Virus record (IMG/VR): IMGVR_UViG_3300049617_000306
Reading direction: 5' to 3' (one strand)
From: a virus
DNA: 64,000 nucleotides
The position numbers were made by a program, and so were the translations under genes. The first letter of the stretch is position 1, and each line of letters begins with the position of its first letter. This document shows positions 46,191 through 55,930 of this stretch, piece after piece. The notes under the pieces are model-generated. The model saw only the letters and a program-made list of their open reading frames with translations, did not search any database and was not told the origin of the DNA.

Positions 46191-46541
46191 TCAGCTCCCG
46201 GCCAAGACGTCGACGGCGTCTTCCTTCGGGATGCTGGCGGTGTTCTCCCCAGCCAGACGCTCCTCGAGGTTCTTCACGAGCTTCGAGTCGGGCGCGATGG
46301 CGCGCAGCGTGGCCGCGTAGTTCGCACCGTTGGGGGCGCGGTACCAGCGATTGCCGATGCGGTGCATCAGCTCCGGGGGCTGAAGGCGCCCGTCGGTGTC
46401 GTAGAACTGGACCGCGTAGGTCTCGGCGAGCACGAAGTTCGCCACCGACAGCGGCGACCCCGTATCGGCCACAGGTGCACGCTGCCCCGCAGGGATACTC
46501 ACACCAACCGGCCTGCCACGCCCAGCATTGCCTTCAAACAT
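46191..46541 (-). CDS. hypothetical protein
   Basis: AAGGAG SD. Confidence 0.65.
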   Translation of the reverse strand: MFEGNAGRGRPVGVSIPAGQRAPVADTGSPLSVANFVLAETYAVQFYDTDGRLQPPELMHRIGNRWYRAPNGANYAATLRAIAPDSKLVKNLEERLAGENTASIPKEDAVDVLAGS

Positions 46542-47283
46542 GGACCGTCTCCTTCTCCGCCACGTAGGCGTCGTACTGCTTCTTGAGGGAATCTCGACTG
46601 ACCCACGGCCTGCCCTCATTCCAGGCACGCGGGAAGTAGAACCTGTCTAGTGTCGTCTTCTCGAGCAGATACTCGACGTCGATGTAGCCCCAGCCGCCCT
46701 GGCAGGTCACCGCCAGGCGCGCGTGGCACTTCTTCGGGCAGACGAAGATCGTCTTGAAGACCTCGCCCGCACGCTCGGGATCTGCCAGCAGACCGGGCGA
46801 CGTGTACATCCCCCAGAAGCCGCAGCCAGGGCACTCGAGTTCATGACCACGTACCTTGAAGTAGACGACGTCGCCGAACGCATCGGCCAGCGAATTGTGC
46901 CCAGCGACGATGACGGGCTGCTGAGTACTTGGAGCACGCTCCTCGCGGGCGTGTGCAACGACGGCAGAGGGGCTGGAGCTCGGGTGGTCGAACGATTGGA
47001 CGGCCGCGACCGGGTCAGTGCGGAACATCTCCACCGTCTTGGCGTCGAGCTTGAAGGGACTGAGGCCCTCGCGGTCGGTGCGCTGCAAGAAGATGTCGAC
47101 CTCCTGCTCCGGTGGCCAGATGGTGAGCACGGCCGCCAGGCGCTTGAGCATCTCGCTGAACTCGATAGCTTCGAAAGGCAAGCTCTCCTGCGTGATGAGC
47201 CCGTTTTCTTCACTCATGATGCGTCCGCTCGACAGCATCGTACCGTCGACACGCCTGTACTCGAGGGTCACCTTGATCGTCAT
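46534..47283 (-). CDS. hypothetical Zn-binding protein
   Basis: CPGCG...CPKKC. Confidence 0.65.
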   Translation of the reverse strand: MTIKVTLEYRRVDGTMLSSGRIMSEENGLITQESLPFEAIEFSEMLKRLAAVLTIWPPEQEVDIFLQRTDREGLSPFKLDAKTVEMFRTDPVAAVQSFDHPSSSPSAVVAHAREERAPSTQQPVIVAGHNSLADAFGDVVYFKVRGHELECPGCGFWGMYTSPGLLADPERAGEVFKTIFVCPKKCHARLAVTCQGGWGYIDVEYLLEKTTLDRFYFPRAWNEGRPWVSRDSLKKQYDAYVAEKETVHV

Positions 47284-47777
47284 GGGTTGGTCTCCGACAG
47301 AGTCTTCTGGGTGTAGGAGACGGGCTTGGTGATTCGGTAGATGCACGCGCCCTCGGCGCCGGCACCGAAGTGCACCCTGGTCCCGTCCCAGAGCTCGAGC
47401 GCGTCGATGAGGGTGCGCTCCTGCCCGGTCACGTTCTTGCCGATGACGCGGCGCACGGGCATGCCCAGCAGTAGCTCCTGCACCGTCTCGAGCGAGCAGC
47501 GCTGCTCGTCAGGAAAGCCCAAGCCGTTGAGGGCAGCGAAGGCCTCTTGCGGCGTAGCCTCCTGCAGGGTCATCGCCTGCAACACCTTCTGGTCCACCGT
47601 GCTCTCGTGAAACCCCAGAGCGTTCTTGCCGCAGCGCGGGCACGGGTAGTGGTCGGGCCAGAACGAGCTCGCTTTGCCCACCAGCTGGTCGAGCTCCTGC
47701 GCGCTGCGCATGTTCGACACGTTGACCGGCATGACCCGGATGGCGAACTCGCAGGGGATGCAGATGATGACGATCAT
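47280..47777 (-). CDS. hypothetical Zn-binding protein
   Basis: CIPC...CPRC. Confidence 0.65.
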   Translation of the reverse strand: MIVIICIPCEFAIRVMPVNVSNMRSAQELDQLVGKASSFWPDHYPCPRCGKNALGFHESTVDQKVLQAMTLQEATPQEAFAALNGLGFPDEQRCSLETVQELLLGMPVRRVIGKNVTGQERTLIDALELWDGTRVHFGAGAEGACIYRITKPVSYTQKTLSETNP

Positions 47778-48430
47778 ATCGAGCCCACACCGTCCTCGTC
47801 GCGGTCACGCCCGCCTACCAGATCTTCTGGGTTGGCTCCTGCGTTGGACACAACGGGGTAGCCGTGGTCGTTCCTGGGCACCGTGCGCGAGGGCACGATG
47901 ACCTTCCCGTTAGGCAGACGCTGCACGTTCGAGCGCCTCTTGAGTTTGTTGTTCTGCGCCGGCGGCGCGTCGACCATCACAGCAGGGCTGCCCGTGTCCT
48001 CGCTGTCCGTGCCCACCATGGCCGCGGCCACGTTCCTCTCCTCGACAGTAGCGGGAACCGGACCAGGGGGCGCGTCAGGAGAGTCCTGCCCGCCAAAGAG
48101 GTACACCGTCTCCCCGTCTCTGGCTGGAAGCAGGTCGTCCTTGGGCGCAGCAAGGGTGAAGCCGCCGCCGGGCGGCTCGGTGTAGTCGTCGCCCTCAGGA
48201 CTCGGCTCGTGGGGGCGCTCTTCAGAGCGCGATACAGCGGGCGCACGCATCACCGGCTTGGGCGTGCCCTTGTTCTTCACCTGCAGCTCTACTACCGCCG
48301 TCGCCGTATCGTCGTCGATGGCTGCACGTACGAGACGCCCGTTAGGCAGGCGCACGCTGAGGTAGGTCAGCGTCACGCCCTGCTCGAAGTCCATCTCCTG
48401 GGAGATGCCGGTGATGGTGCAGTCGATCAT
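47774..48430 (-). CDS. hypothetical protein
   Basis: Coupled; start at MIDCT. Confidence 0.65.
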   Translation of the reverse strand: MIDCTITGISQEMDFEQGVTLTYLSVRLPNGRLVRAAIDDDTATAVVELQVKNKGTPKPVMRAPAVSRSEERPHEPSPEGDDYTEPPGGGFTLAAPKDDLLPARDGETVYLFGGQDSPDAPPGPVPATVEERNVAAAMVGTDSEDTGSPAVMVDAPPAQNNKLKRRSNVQRLPNGKVIVPSRTVPRNDHGYPVVSNAGANPEDLVGGRDRDEDGVGSI

Positions 48431-48747
48431 CGGCTGCTTCCAGTGGGTGACGGAGGCGCCGGCTGATTGGCACGCGCGGCGTCTGCCGACTTGACCTTGA
48501 GGTGCTTGAGCAGCTCGATGCCCTGCGACGCGAGCACGACCAGGTGCTTGCCGGTGCGGTGCACGTTGAGCAGCACCAGGCAGTGCGCCAGCTGGGTGTC
48601 GCGAAGCTCCGGGTCGGCCTGCGGCGGGGATGGCAGGTACGCCATGCAGTCGGCCCCGCACGGGCGGCGGCTGTCGAGAAAGCAGACCAGTCCCGTGTCC
48701 TCCTTGAGCTGAGGCTGCAGGACGGTGTTAGGCAGAGGGCTGTTCAC
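48427..48747 (-). CDS. hypothetical Cys-rich protein
   Basis: CFLD..RPCGADCMAY. Confidence 0.65.
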   Translation of the reverse strand: MNSPLPNTVLQPQLKEDTGLVCFLDSRRPCGADCMAYLPSPPQADPELRDTQLAHCLVLLNVHRTGKHLVVLASQGIELLKHLKVKSADAARANQPAPPSPTGSSR

Positions 48748-49156
48748 CGCGAGCCTCCTTCTCGATGTCCGAGCGCGTCCTGGCGATGCTCTCGGCGATG
48801 GCCTTAGCGATGCCCGCGATGTAGCGCGCGAGCGTCTTCTGCACGTTGGCCAGGTTCTTGGGGGTAGGCTCCTCGAGGAAGCCCCACTTGATGAGCATCA
48901 GCCCGACTTCCTTGGCGAACGCCATGGACAGGAGCTTGCGGATCTCGAGGAAGAACTGTCGGAAGACCATCTCCGGGTCCCCCATGCCGTGCGTGAAGTG
49001 GAAGGCAGCAAGGTCCTCGACCTTGCCCTTCCAGCTGCACACATTGCAGCTGGCGTCTCCGCCTGCGAGCGCCGACGCGGTGACGTCAGCGCTCCCGCAG
49101 GCGGAGCAGAAGAGAGCCTTGGCGTCCGGCCTTGTGCCGTCGTTGGCCGCGATCAT
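48728..49156 (-). CDS. Zn-ribbon hypothetical protein
   Basis: CSACGS...CNVCSWKG. Confidence 0.65.
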   Translation of the reverse strand: MIAANDGTRPDAKALFCSACGSADVTASALAGGDASCNVCSWKGKVEDLAAFHFTHGMGDPEMVFRQFFLEIRKLLSMAFAKEVGLMLIKWGFLEEPTPKNLANVQKTLARYIAGIAKAIAESIARTRSDIEKEARGEQPSA

Positions 49157-49596
49157 ACGGGGATGACCTTTCCGAGCTTGGAGTAGAGCTTGTTCGTCTC
49201 TTCGCGCGACCTGGGCTTCGGTGCCTCGGAGCGCTCGACCACCTTGGTCTTCATGCGACTACGCATCTTGGTCTCCTGCCAGAGCGGGCGAATGCCCATG
49301 CCGCCCTTCTTCACTTCGGACAACAGCAGCTTCATGTGCTCGTTCTGGTCTCTCTTCTTCTGCGTCTCGAGCCAGGGGAACGCGACCTTCATGTAGTCCT
49401 CGAAGACCTCCTTGCCCTTCTCCCTTGCGATGATTGTCTGCGCGAGCGCACGAAGCCGGGCGTGCTCGATTTGTTCCTTCTTGAGCACGTACAGCATGAG
49501 GATAGACTCCCGAAGAGACCCCCTTTGGGGCGGCTCGCGCAGGGACGAAAAGAGCAAGGTTGCTCTCGCCCAGCCCTCGGGGGTCTCTAGCCAAAA
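49153..49596 (-). CDS. tail assembly chaperone, frameshift-extension (GT-like) part
   Basis: No SD/ATG; the -1 frame is open across the upstream stop (FWLETPEGWARATLLF). Confidence 0.55.
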   Translation of the reverse strand, partial: FWLETPEGWARATLLFSSLREPPQRGSLRESILMLYVLKKEQIEHARLRALAQTIIAREKGKEVFEDYMKVAFPWLETQKKRDQNEHMKLLLSEVKKGGMGIRPLWQETKMRSRMKTKVVERSEAPKPRSREETNKLYSKLGKVIPV

Positions 49597-50837
49597 CTGA
49601 TCTTCTCCGCGACGAAGAGCTTGCGCACACGCACGTCGAACCAGAAGTAGTTGACGCCGATGGAGGCAAGCATGTGGAAGGGGTACTGGGAGACCTTCTC
49701 GAACTTCACCCAGAAGGCCTCCTCGTTGAACTTACCGTCCTTGTCCTGGTGCGACGGCATCGGGTTGCCGTTGATGGCGCGAAGCCCGATAGTGACGGCC
49801 ATGAGCGAGAACTTGTCGAGCAGGTAGCGCTCGCTCACCTCGACGCCCTTGGACTCGAGCATGATGAGCTGCTTGATGGCCAGGTCCTCGCCGCCGGTCA
49901 TCGACTGGAACTCGGGCTCGAACTTGCCGGGGATGACGGGCACACGCTGGGTCACGAACCCCTTCATGATGAGGTCCGTGATGTCGAGAGGCGTGCAGCG
50001 CTTCTCGATGATGTCGCGCTGCTCCTCGTTGTTGATGATGTCCTTCATCATCATCTCGCGGAAGGTGTTGAAGTCGAAGTCGTCGAGCTTCTTCACCGCG
50101 TCCACGATGTTCTTCTGGCTCGCCTGCGGGTCGGACTGAGGTCCGTCGGAGGGTGCGTTGCCCAGACGTCCAGCCGCCCCTGCGACACCACCCGCTGCTT
50201 CACGCTCGATGCGCGAATCCTCGCTCTCGGCGCTGGCGCGCACGCCCTGCAGATCTTGGATGGCCTTGAGACCCTCCACCGTCTCCGGCTTCAGCCCCTT
50301 GTTCGGACGGCCCAGCGCCTGCGGAGCTATGCGCTGACCGTTGCGGATGACGCCGTACTTACGTGCAAGCTCGGGCTGCGAGCTCGCGTACATCGCACCC
50401 TGTCCCTCGCGGAAGTCGGGGTCCTTGCGTGCCTCCTCCGGCAGGATGTCGATGGGCAGGAGGCCCACGGAGGGTCCGGGACGTACCGTGTTGCTGGGCA
50501 GGGTCGCGGAGGGCGGCGCGGGCTCCTGGAACAGGCTCCCGCGTGGCGCAGGCTGTGGAGCACGGGGCGGCCCCTCGGCGGCAGCACGGTGCATGTTGGC
50601 GTTGTCCGACATGGTCAGGCCCGACTCCGAGGGCGAGTCGAGACGAGGGATGGGCGGAGTCGGCCCGCCCGCTACGGGAGTGTTGTACTTCGGTGCACGG
50701 CGAGCGGCAGCTGCGGCTGCGTACCGCATGGCTGCGGGGTCGGTCACGCCAGGTGCCACACGCGGGGGACCGAAGCTCGCGGTGTTCTCCTGCGTGGGAG
50801 GGCCCTTCACGGGCAGGTCGGGGTAGCGCTTGGCCAT
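49587..50837 (-). CDS. tail assembly chaperone (G-like), Pro-rich N-terminus
   Basis: TAAGGAG SD; ends AGT TTT GGC TAG; lies between tube and tape measure genes. Confidence 0.55.
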   Translation of the reverse strand: MAKRYPDLPVKGPPTQENTASFGPPRVAPGVTDPAAMRYAAAAAARRAPKYNTPVAGGPTPPIPRLDSPSESGLTMSDNANMHRAAAEGPPRAPQPAPRGSLFQEPAPPSATLPSNTVRPGPSVGLLPIDILPEEARKDPDFREGQGAMYASSQPELARKYGVIRNGQRIAPQALGRPNKGLKPETVEGLKAIQDLQGVRASAESEDSRIEREAAGGVAGAAGRLGNAPSDGPQSDPQASQKNIVDAVKKLDDFDFNTFREMMMKDIINNEEQRDIIEKRCTPLDITDLIMKGFVTQRVPVIPGKFEPEFQSMTGGEDLAIKQLIMLESKGVEVSERYLLDKFSLMAVTIGLRAINGNPMPSHQDKDGKFNEEAFWVKFEKVSQYPFHMLASIGVNYFWFDVRVRKLFVAEKISFG

Positions 50838-50888
50838 GGTCTCCTTAGGTGGAGTACAACGTGATGCCACGCTGCCCTCCGTTGAGTA

Positions 50889-50925
50889 GCTAGAAAAAAG
50901 GCGCCCGTCAACATGACGAGCGCCT
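50889..50925 (-). terminator. hairpin + T-tract + TAGC
   Basis: AGGCGCTCGTCA-TGT-TGACGGGCGCCT-TTTTTCTAGC. Confidence 0.8.
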
Positions 50926-50930
50926 GGGGT

Positions 50931-51300
50931 CTACTTCTGCATGTCCTGGACGAGTACGGTCAGTACATCGATGGATGTCAGCTTCATCGTCTCCACGGAC
51001 ACGTCGGTCGCGAGGATGACGTTCTTGAGCCTCGGCGGCGGGTCGTGCATCGCCGCCAGCTCGCCAGCCAGGTAGATGAACGGGCCGCGCGCAAGGACGT
51101 TCTCGCGCAGGCGGAAGAAGGCGTTGGGCAGGAAGAGGTCCTTGATGAGTCTTCCCTGCAGTACCAGTACTGCATCGGCGGGAGCCAGAACGAGCTCAGA
51201 GATGCGGATGCGCGTGTAGGTGATGCAGTCGACGCGTCTCTTGTAGTCGATGGTGATGTTGCGGCACCAGCCACGTGCGCCTGAAAAGCCGCTGCAGAGC
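50931..51300 (-). CDS. hypothetical protein, start uncertain
   Basis: Coding-like frame filling the gap; no clear canonical start. Confidence 0.45.
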
Positions 51301-51304
51301 AGCT

Positions 51305-51559
51305 CTACTCGGTTGGAATCTTGGTCCAGCCCTTCGGCCCCACCGGCGGGGGCGGGTCCGGGACCTTCACGACCTTCATCTTGCAGCGCTTGCATACGGG
51401 GCACCTTCCCAAGAAGGGGTGGGTAGCGTCTTCAGGGATGATCATCCCAAGCGTCCAGCCAGCGCTCATCGCCTGCTCGACGATCTGCTTGCCGTTGCAC
51501 CCCGGATGGGTGCACTCCAGTCGGTACTCCACGAAGAGCGGACTGTGTAGCTTGGGCAT
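51305..51559 (-). CDS. small Zn-ribbon protein
   Basis: CTHPGC...CPVC. Confidence 0.6.
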   Translation of the reverse strand: MPKLHSPLFVEYRLECTHPGCNGKQIVEQAMSAGWTLGMIIPEDATHPFLGRCPVCKRCKMKVVKVPDPPPPVGPKGWTKIPTE

Positions 51560-51980
51560 GGTACGCGTGAACCGCCTCTCGGACCGCCTCGAAGTACGAG
51601 GGGCTGCCTGGATTGTACGCCCGTAGCCAGCCGAGGTCTTGGCAATCGGTGCGGCAGCTGGCGCGGAAGTGCGCGAGCACCTCGCCCATGCGACGGATGT
51701 TTCGGTGAGGGTCGAGCAGCGGGACAATCGAGCCGCGCCTGCAGGGCACATTGATCTGCCCGAGACCCACCGAGCAGCTGCCGTCGTGTTCGTGGCGGAT
51801 CTCGAGAGGAGACCAGCGTGTCTCGCGGTGAATGATGGCCTGAAAGATCCAGGGGTCAAGGTGCCTGGCTTCAGCCTCTTCTGCCACCCACCTAGCGTAC
51901 GTCCGAGCGGTCTGGTGTTCCAACGACGACCGTGTCCCCAGGATGGCCGTGTACAGGGCGAGCACGAGACTTGGTAGCAT
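51432..51980 (-). CDS. SLT-domain lytic transglycosylase with hydrophobic N-terminus
   Basis: AIIHRET (catalytic Glu), GLGQIN, NI..., AYN.G. Confidence 0.8.
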   Translation of the reverse strand: MLPSLVLALYTAILGTRSSLEHQTARTYARWVAEEAEARHLDPWIFQAIIHRETRWSPLEIRHEHDGSCSVGLGQINVPCRRGSIVPLLDPHRNIRRMGEVLAHFRASCRTDCQDLGWLRAYNPGSPSYFEAVREAVHAYHAQATQSALRGVPTGVHPSGVQRQADRRAGDERWLDAWDDHP

Positions 51981-52257
51981 CCGCGACCTCCGAGAGCTTG
52001 ACGACTTGTTGTAGAACCTCCCGCTTGGTGAGCTCACGCCCGGCCTCTGCAGGACCGAGGACGACCTTGCCCTCGATGAGGCCGATGCGAAGAGCTTCGT
52101 CGGACATGGTGAGCAGTGCCTTGAGCTCGTCCTGGATGCGCGCGCGCAGCCGGGAAGCCACGAGGTGGCACGTCTCGCAGACGTAGACCCCGAGAAAGAC
52201 CTGCGCCTTCTCGGGGTCTACGGGTTGCCGGCAGTTCATGCAGGGGAGACCGGCCAC
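51892..52257 (-). CDS. hypothetical Zn-binding protein
   Basis: CMNC...CETC. Confidence 0.6.
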   Translation of the reverse strand: MAGLPCMNCRQPVDPEKAQVFLGVYVCETCHLVASRLRARIQDELKALLTMSDEALRIGLIEGKVVLGPAEAGRELTKREVLQQVVKLSEVADATKSRARPVHGHPGDTVVVGTPDRSDVR

Positions 52258-52478
52258 TTCACCTCTCCGTCGTAAACGACTGACTTCACGATGCGCGCGT
52301 CCATAGTAAGCACCGCGGCGCTAACGTTGACCAGTACGAGCTTTCCCGTCTTGTCCCAGCCCGAGAGCCTGATGAGGTTCTCGAGGGTACCTCGTGGCAT
52401 GTCCGGGAAGACGTACTTCGCACCGAGGTGCGTCGTGACGACAACCTCGACGAGGTCAGTTTCCGCTGTCGACGCCAT
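52236..52478 (-). CDS. hypothetical protein
   Basis: Coupled operon. Confidence 0.6.
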   Translation of the reverse strand: MASTAETDLVEVVVTTHLGAKYVFPDMPRGTLENLIRLSGWDKTGKLVLVNVSAAVLTMDARIVKSVVYDGEVKWPVSPA

Positions 52479-52995
52479 CGTCCGTCCCCGTACGCTGTGG
52501 CAGGACGCGGATGGTCGCCGGGGACTTGCGCGTGGCGCGCTTCTGGTTCTCCGTCAGGCTGTCGGCCACCGCCTTGAGCAGCGCCTCTTGCTCGAAGCCT
52601 GCAGCGTCGGCTGCGACCTTCGCGTTGAGGTCGGAGAAGCGAGAACGCACAGCGAAGATGAACTGGTCCATCATCGCGTCGGCGACGTGTGCGTGCGCGG
52701 TGCAGAAGACCGGGGGCAGCATCATGTCGACACGGCGCGAGTAGCGCGGGGGCGCCGCGAAGTAGTTGCGCAGCCAGTCCCACGCACCGCGGCCGCGCTC
52801 GAGCACGGGTGCAGGGTACTTGGCGATCTCCCCGCAGACGCACTTGGGCTGGGCATCGAACTCCGCCCGTGCAATCTCCTCGGCCACCGCGGCTTCCACC
52901 TTCGACGGGCGACGCCCCGAGCGCAGAGCCTTGATGAGAACGAAGGCGACGCAGGCGATGAGGAAGATCAACCCGTAGCTTTGCCAGTAATCCAT
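52456..52995 (-). CDS. membrane-anchored hypothetical protein
   Basis: N-terminal TM. Confidence 0.65.
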   Translation of the reverse strand: MDYWQSYGLIFLIACVAFVLIKALRSGRRPSKVEAAVAEEIARAEFDAQPKCVCGEIAKYPAPVLERGRGAWDWLRNYFAAPPRYSRRVDMMLPPVFCTAHAHVADAMMDQFIFAVRSRFSDLNAKVAADAAGFEQEALLKAVADSLTENQKRATRKSPATIRVLPQRTGTDDGVDSGN

Positions 52996-53357
52996 GATGC
53001 GAGCTCCTGTCTTGAGTCTGCGGGATCGTGGGATAGTAGAACCTTCCGGTCCCTACGCAAGTGTTCTTCTGCCTCTATCTTGTCCATAAGGACGCGAAGG
53101 CTTCGCAGGTGTTGTTCTAGCTCGTCCCGCAAGTACCCGGTGTCGGGGGTGATGCTGTCGAGGGCGAGCTGCGCGAAGTTCTCCGCGCGGCGCAGCTGTA
53201 GCAGCACGTAGAACTGCTTGTCGTCGTGAAGCTGCTGAATGCAGCGAAAGAAGTCGAGGTCCACCTCGTTGCGGCGGCAGATCTCTTCGAACGAGCAGCT
53301 CAGGAAGTGGGCGAGCTTCAAGAGCTTCTCCGCCTGCTCGAGCTGGGACAACGTCAT
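52968..53357 (-). CDS. hypothetical protein
   Basis: ATGA coupling. Confidence 0.6.
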   Translation of the reverse strand: MTLSQLEQAEKLLKLAHFLSCSFEEICRRNEVDLDFFRCIQQLHDDKQFYVLLQLRRAENFAQLALDSITPDTGYLRDELEQHLRSLRVLMDKIEAEEHLRRDRKVLLSHDPADSRQELASWITGKATG

Positions 53358-53749
53358 GGCGCGAAGTACTCCGCGACGGGGGTCCACCCGAGTAGCGCGG
53401 CCGGGTCGGGGGTGACCAAGATGTTCACCGCCTTGGGCGCGCGCTGCGAGACCACCTGCAGCACGTCGGCCTGGCATATGGGGCGAGAAACGAACTGCAG
53501 GAAGTAGCGCATCTCGGGGGGCCAGGTCTTCGGGAAGTTGGTGCCGGGCAGCAGGGGCTGCGCCGGGTCCTGCCACTGAATCCACAGGCTCGAGCGGGTG
53601 ATGCCGTTGGCCTGCTCGATCTGCTGCAAGAAGGCGTTGAGCGCGAACGCCATCTCCTGGTTCATGCGCCCATCGAGTCCGCGCGTACCACGCTGGGCGA
53701 ACGCGATGAGGGCTTCATACTGTTCTTGGGTCAGAGTGAAAGTCGCCAT
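53354..53749 (-). CDS. hypothetical (probably virion) protein, leaderless
   Basis: TAGTCT ends 6 nt before ATG. Confidence 0.65.
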   Translation of the reverse strand: MATFTLTQEQYEALIAFAQRGTRGLDGRMNQEMAFALNAFLQQIEQANGITRSSLWIQWQDPAQPLLPGTNFPKTWPPEMRYFLQFVSRPICQADVLQVVSQRAPKAVNILVTPDPAALLGWTPVAEYFAP

Positions 53750-53761
53750 GGCAGAAGACTA

Positions 53762-54538
53762 CTACTTCTTGCCGATGAGGCGCAGCTGCTCCTGCTGCAG
53801 CTGGAAGGCCTCGTGCACCTTGTCCCCTGTCAGCCGCTCCAGGTCCTCGAGCGTGCCGTGGTTGAAAAGAAAGGTCGAGAACAGCGCCGGGTCGATCTCG
53901 TTCTGTTCTGTTTCACTCTGGTGCGCCCCGGCCTCTCCCATGAGACCAGCGCCAGAACGCTCGAGGCGCCAGACGTAACCGCCAGCCGCGCGAATGGCCA
54001 ACACCTCGTTCCTGAAGCGTACGTCCGAGATGACGACACCCAGGGGCAGGCGGTCCACTTCCGGGATGCCCACGTAGGTCAAGGTCTCGTCGTAGCAGAG
54101 CCCCGTCTGCGGGGTGTACCGGAAGACCCGTTCGCCACGGCTGTAATCCTTGCGCAGCAGCTGGTTGGCCGTGCGCATGGCGTACTCGACCCAGATGTCC
54201 GGGTAGCAGCGCCTGCCCACCTCGGTGCCCATGATCTGCAGAGCCTGGCGCGGCGTGAGCCAGCCGCTGCGTGCGTAACCAGCAGCGACCTCCGGCGTCG
54301 TGTTCTTGTGCTCTTCGTAGGCCTTGGCGTAGCCCTCGCTGATGAAATACCGCAGGTCCGGCTGGTTGCGCAGCTCACTCGGCCCCCAAAGCTGGCGGTC
54401 GGTGAAGGCGAACCAGTCCTTGGCCGCGCGCTTGATGGGGTCCGCGAGCGCGACTTTCACGAAGCCGTGGTCGCGTACGAGAAAGTCGGCGACGGTGTCC
54501 TTGCCGCTACCGGCCTGTCCGCAGAGCCCGATGATCAT
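53762..54538 (-). CDS. deoxynucleoside monophosphate kinase (T4 gp1-like)
   Basis: IIGLCGQAGSGKDT, LADPIK, PRQALQIMGTEVGR, VISDVRFRNE, HQSE. Confidence 0.92.
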   Translation of the reverse strand: MIIGLCGQAGSGKDTVADFLVRDHGFVKVALADPIKRAAKDWFAFTDRQLWGPSELRNQPDLRYFISEGYAKAYEEHKNTTPEVAAGYARSGWLTPRQALQIMGTEVGRRCYPDIWVEYAMRTANQLLRKDYSRGERVFRYTPQTGLCYDETLTYVGIPEVDRLPLGVVISDVRFRNEVLAIRAAGGYVWRLERSGAGLMGEAGAHQSETEQNEIDPALFSTFLFNHGTLEDLERLTGDKVHEAFQLQQEQLRLIGKK

Positions 54539-54819
54539 TCCCGGACCCTCCTCTGGAACAAGTGCCAGACGTTCGGTCCAGTGAAGAACGTGCCCATGTG
54601 CCCGAGGTAGGTGTACCGCTCCTCGCGCTGCTCCTGGCCGGTGGCGTACACCTCGAAGTCGTAGGACACCATCGGCGCCGTGGTGTCGACGCTGGCCCAG
54701 ATGAACGCGTCCTGCCCCTGAAACGCGACGTGCAGGAAGTCAGAGCGCGCGGGCATCATAACGCGCACGTCGGTGGCGTCCTCCGGCATCTCCAGCTTGT
54801 ACTTGTGGACGGTCATCAT
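54535..54819 (-). CDS. conserved phage protein
   Basis: VHKY.L...LHV..Q...WA.VD...ATG...VWHLF pattern. Confidence 0.7.
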   Translation of the reverse strand: MMTVHKYKLEMPEDATDVRVMMPARSDFLHVAFQGQDAFIWASVDTTAPMVSYDFEVYATGQEQREERYTYLGHMGTFFTGPNVWHLFQRRVRE

Positions 54820-55100
54820 AGGCCGTCCCAGATCTTATTCAGGTTGATGAGCTCATTGAGCCCGAACGGGGCTTCGCGCGTGAAGCGCTGACGTCGGACG
54901 CCGTCGGGCCACTCGACGTAGTCCGTCCAGGAGTCCTCCTTGCGGGAGTCCTGCTGGAGCGGCCGCGTGAACGACTTCCTGTGCGTCAGCGAGTAGTAGA
55001 CGACGTCGATGTCACCGTTACGGTTGTGCGTCTCGACCGTGAACAACAGCAAGTACATCCCGCCCTTGTAGTGGACGTAGTGCTCCATCTCGCGTCCCAT
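54816..55100 (-). CDS. DUF1653-like protein
   Basis: YVHYKGGMY...VVYYSL...RP. Confidence 0.7.
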   Translation of the reverse strand: MGREMEHYVHYKGGMYLLLFTVETHNRNGDIDVVYYSLTHRKSFTRPLQQDSRKEDSWTDYVEWPDGVRRQRFTREAPFGLNELINLNKIWDGL

Positions 55101-55618
55101 CAGTGTCCTCCTGGCAGCCCGCAGTGCTGGCACGGCGTGACCTTGTAGCGCCGCGAGCCTGGGGTGAACTGCTCCCACTCAATGCTAGCCCTCGTAAACA
55201 GGACGAGGGCAGACCGGTCACGGTAGTCGATGTCGTAGTAGACCTTCACCACACCACCCAGATTGATGAGCCGCTTGGCGCACATCACGCAGGGCAGGTG
55301 CGTGCAGAACACGATCTTCGGCGTGGCGCGCGGCACGTCGCAGTTGATGGCTGCGTTCTCCTCGGCGTGCAGGCAGCCGCAGTTGCCGACAGCCTCAGCG
55401 CCATGGCGGTCGCAGTCGTTCTTGTCGCCCGAGGCACCGCCGTTGTAGCCAACGGCCACGATCTTCCTGAAGTCCGGGCTGGAGATGACGCAGCCCACGC
55501 GCATCGCTGCACCCGCAGAGTTCTTGCGGGCGCACGTCGAGCGCTCGCTCATCTTGTGGGCGAGCTCCATGTAGATGTCCAGGAACGACGGGCGCTCCTT
55601 CTTTTGCTCTTCCATCAC
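55100..55618 (-). CDS. dCMP deaminase
   Basis: RSTC, VGCVI, GYNG, HAEENA, PCVMC. Confidence 0.92.
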   Translation of the reverse strand: MMEEQKKERPSFLDIYMELAHKMSERSTCARKNSAGAAMRVGCVISSPDFRKIVAVGYNGGASGDKNDCDRHGAEAVGNCGCLHAEENAAINCDVPRATPKIVFCTHLPCVMCAKRLINLGGVVKVYYDIDYRDRSALVLFTRASIEWEQFTPGSRRYKVTPCQHCGLPGGH

Positions 55619-55920
55619 ACGCCTCTTGCGTTGAGGACGTCTCGCATCAGCTCCTTGGCGTAGTCACAAGCCTTTCGCTGGATGCGCCACCCGTGCTGAT
55701 GCCCCGAGTACGACAAGCCGAAGACTTCTCGGCGTGTGTACGTCTTGTCGAAGTACTTCTTCTGCCCGTCCTTGAGCGTCCACTCGACGCGGACGGTAAA
55801 CTCGCCATCGGGTTGCGCGGTGAACGTGACGTCCGTGGCGTAGGTCGCCCGACGGATGCGGTCTGTCCAGCCCCGCAGGTTGTTACGAAGACCCTGGAGA
55901 AGAACGGTTCCGCGGTCCAT
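55615..55920 (-). CDS. hypothetical protein
   Basis: GGAGG SD. Confidence 0.65.
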   Translation of the reverse strand: MDRGTVLLQGLRNNLRGWTDRIRRATYATDVTFTAQPDGEFTVRVEWTLKDGQKKYFDKTYTRREVFGLSYSGHQHGWRIQRKACDYAKELMRDVLNARGV

Positions 55921-55930
55921 ACTGCCTCCC

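Noticed and set aside
6636-51300. One shared recoding signal for start-less coding-like frames (6636-6790, 12127-12290, 20167-20335, 50931-51300)
   Set aside because: The required shifts are a mix of +1 and -1 with no common site, so a single mechanism cannot be supported.
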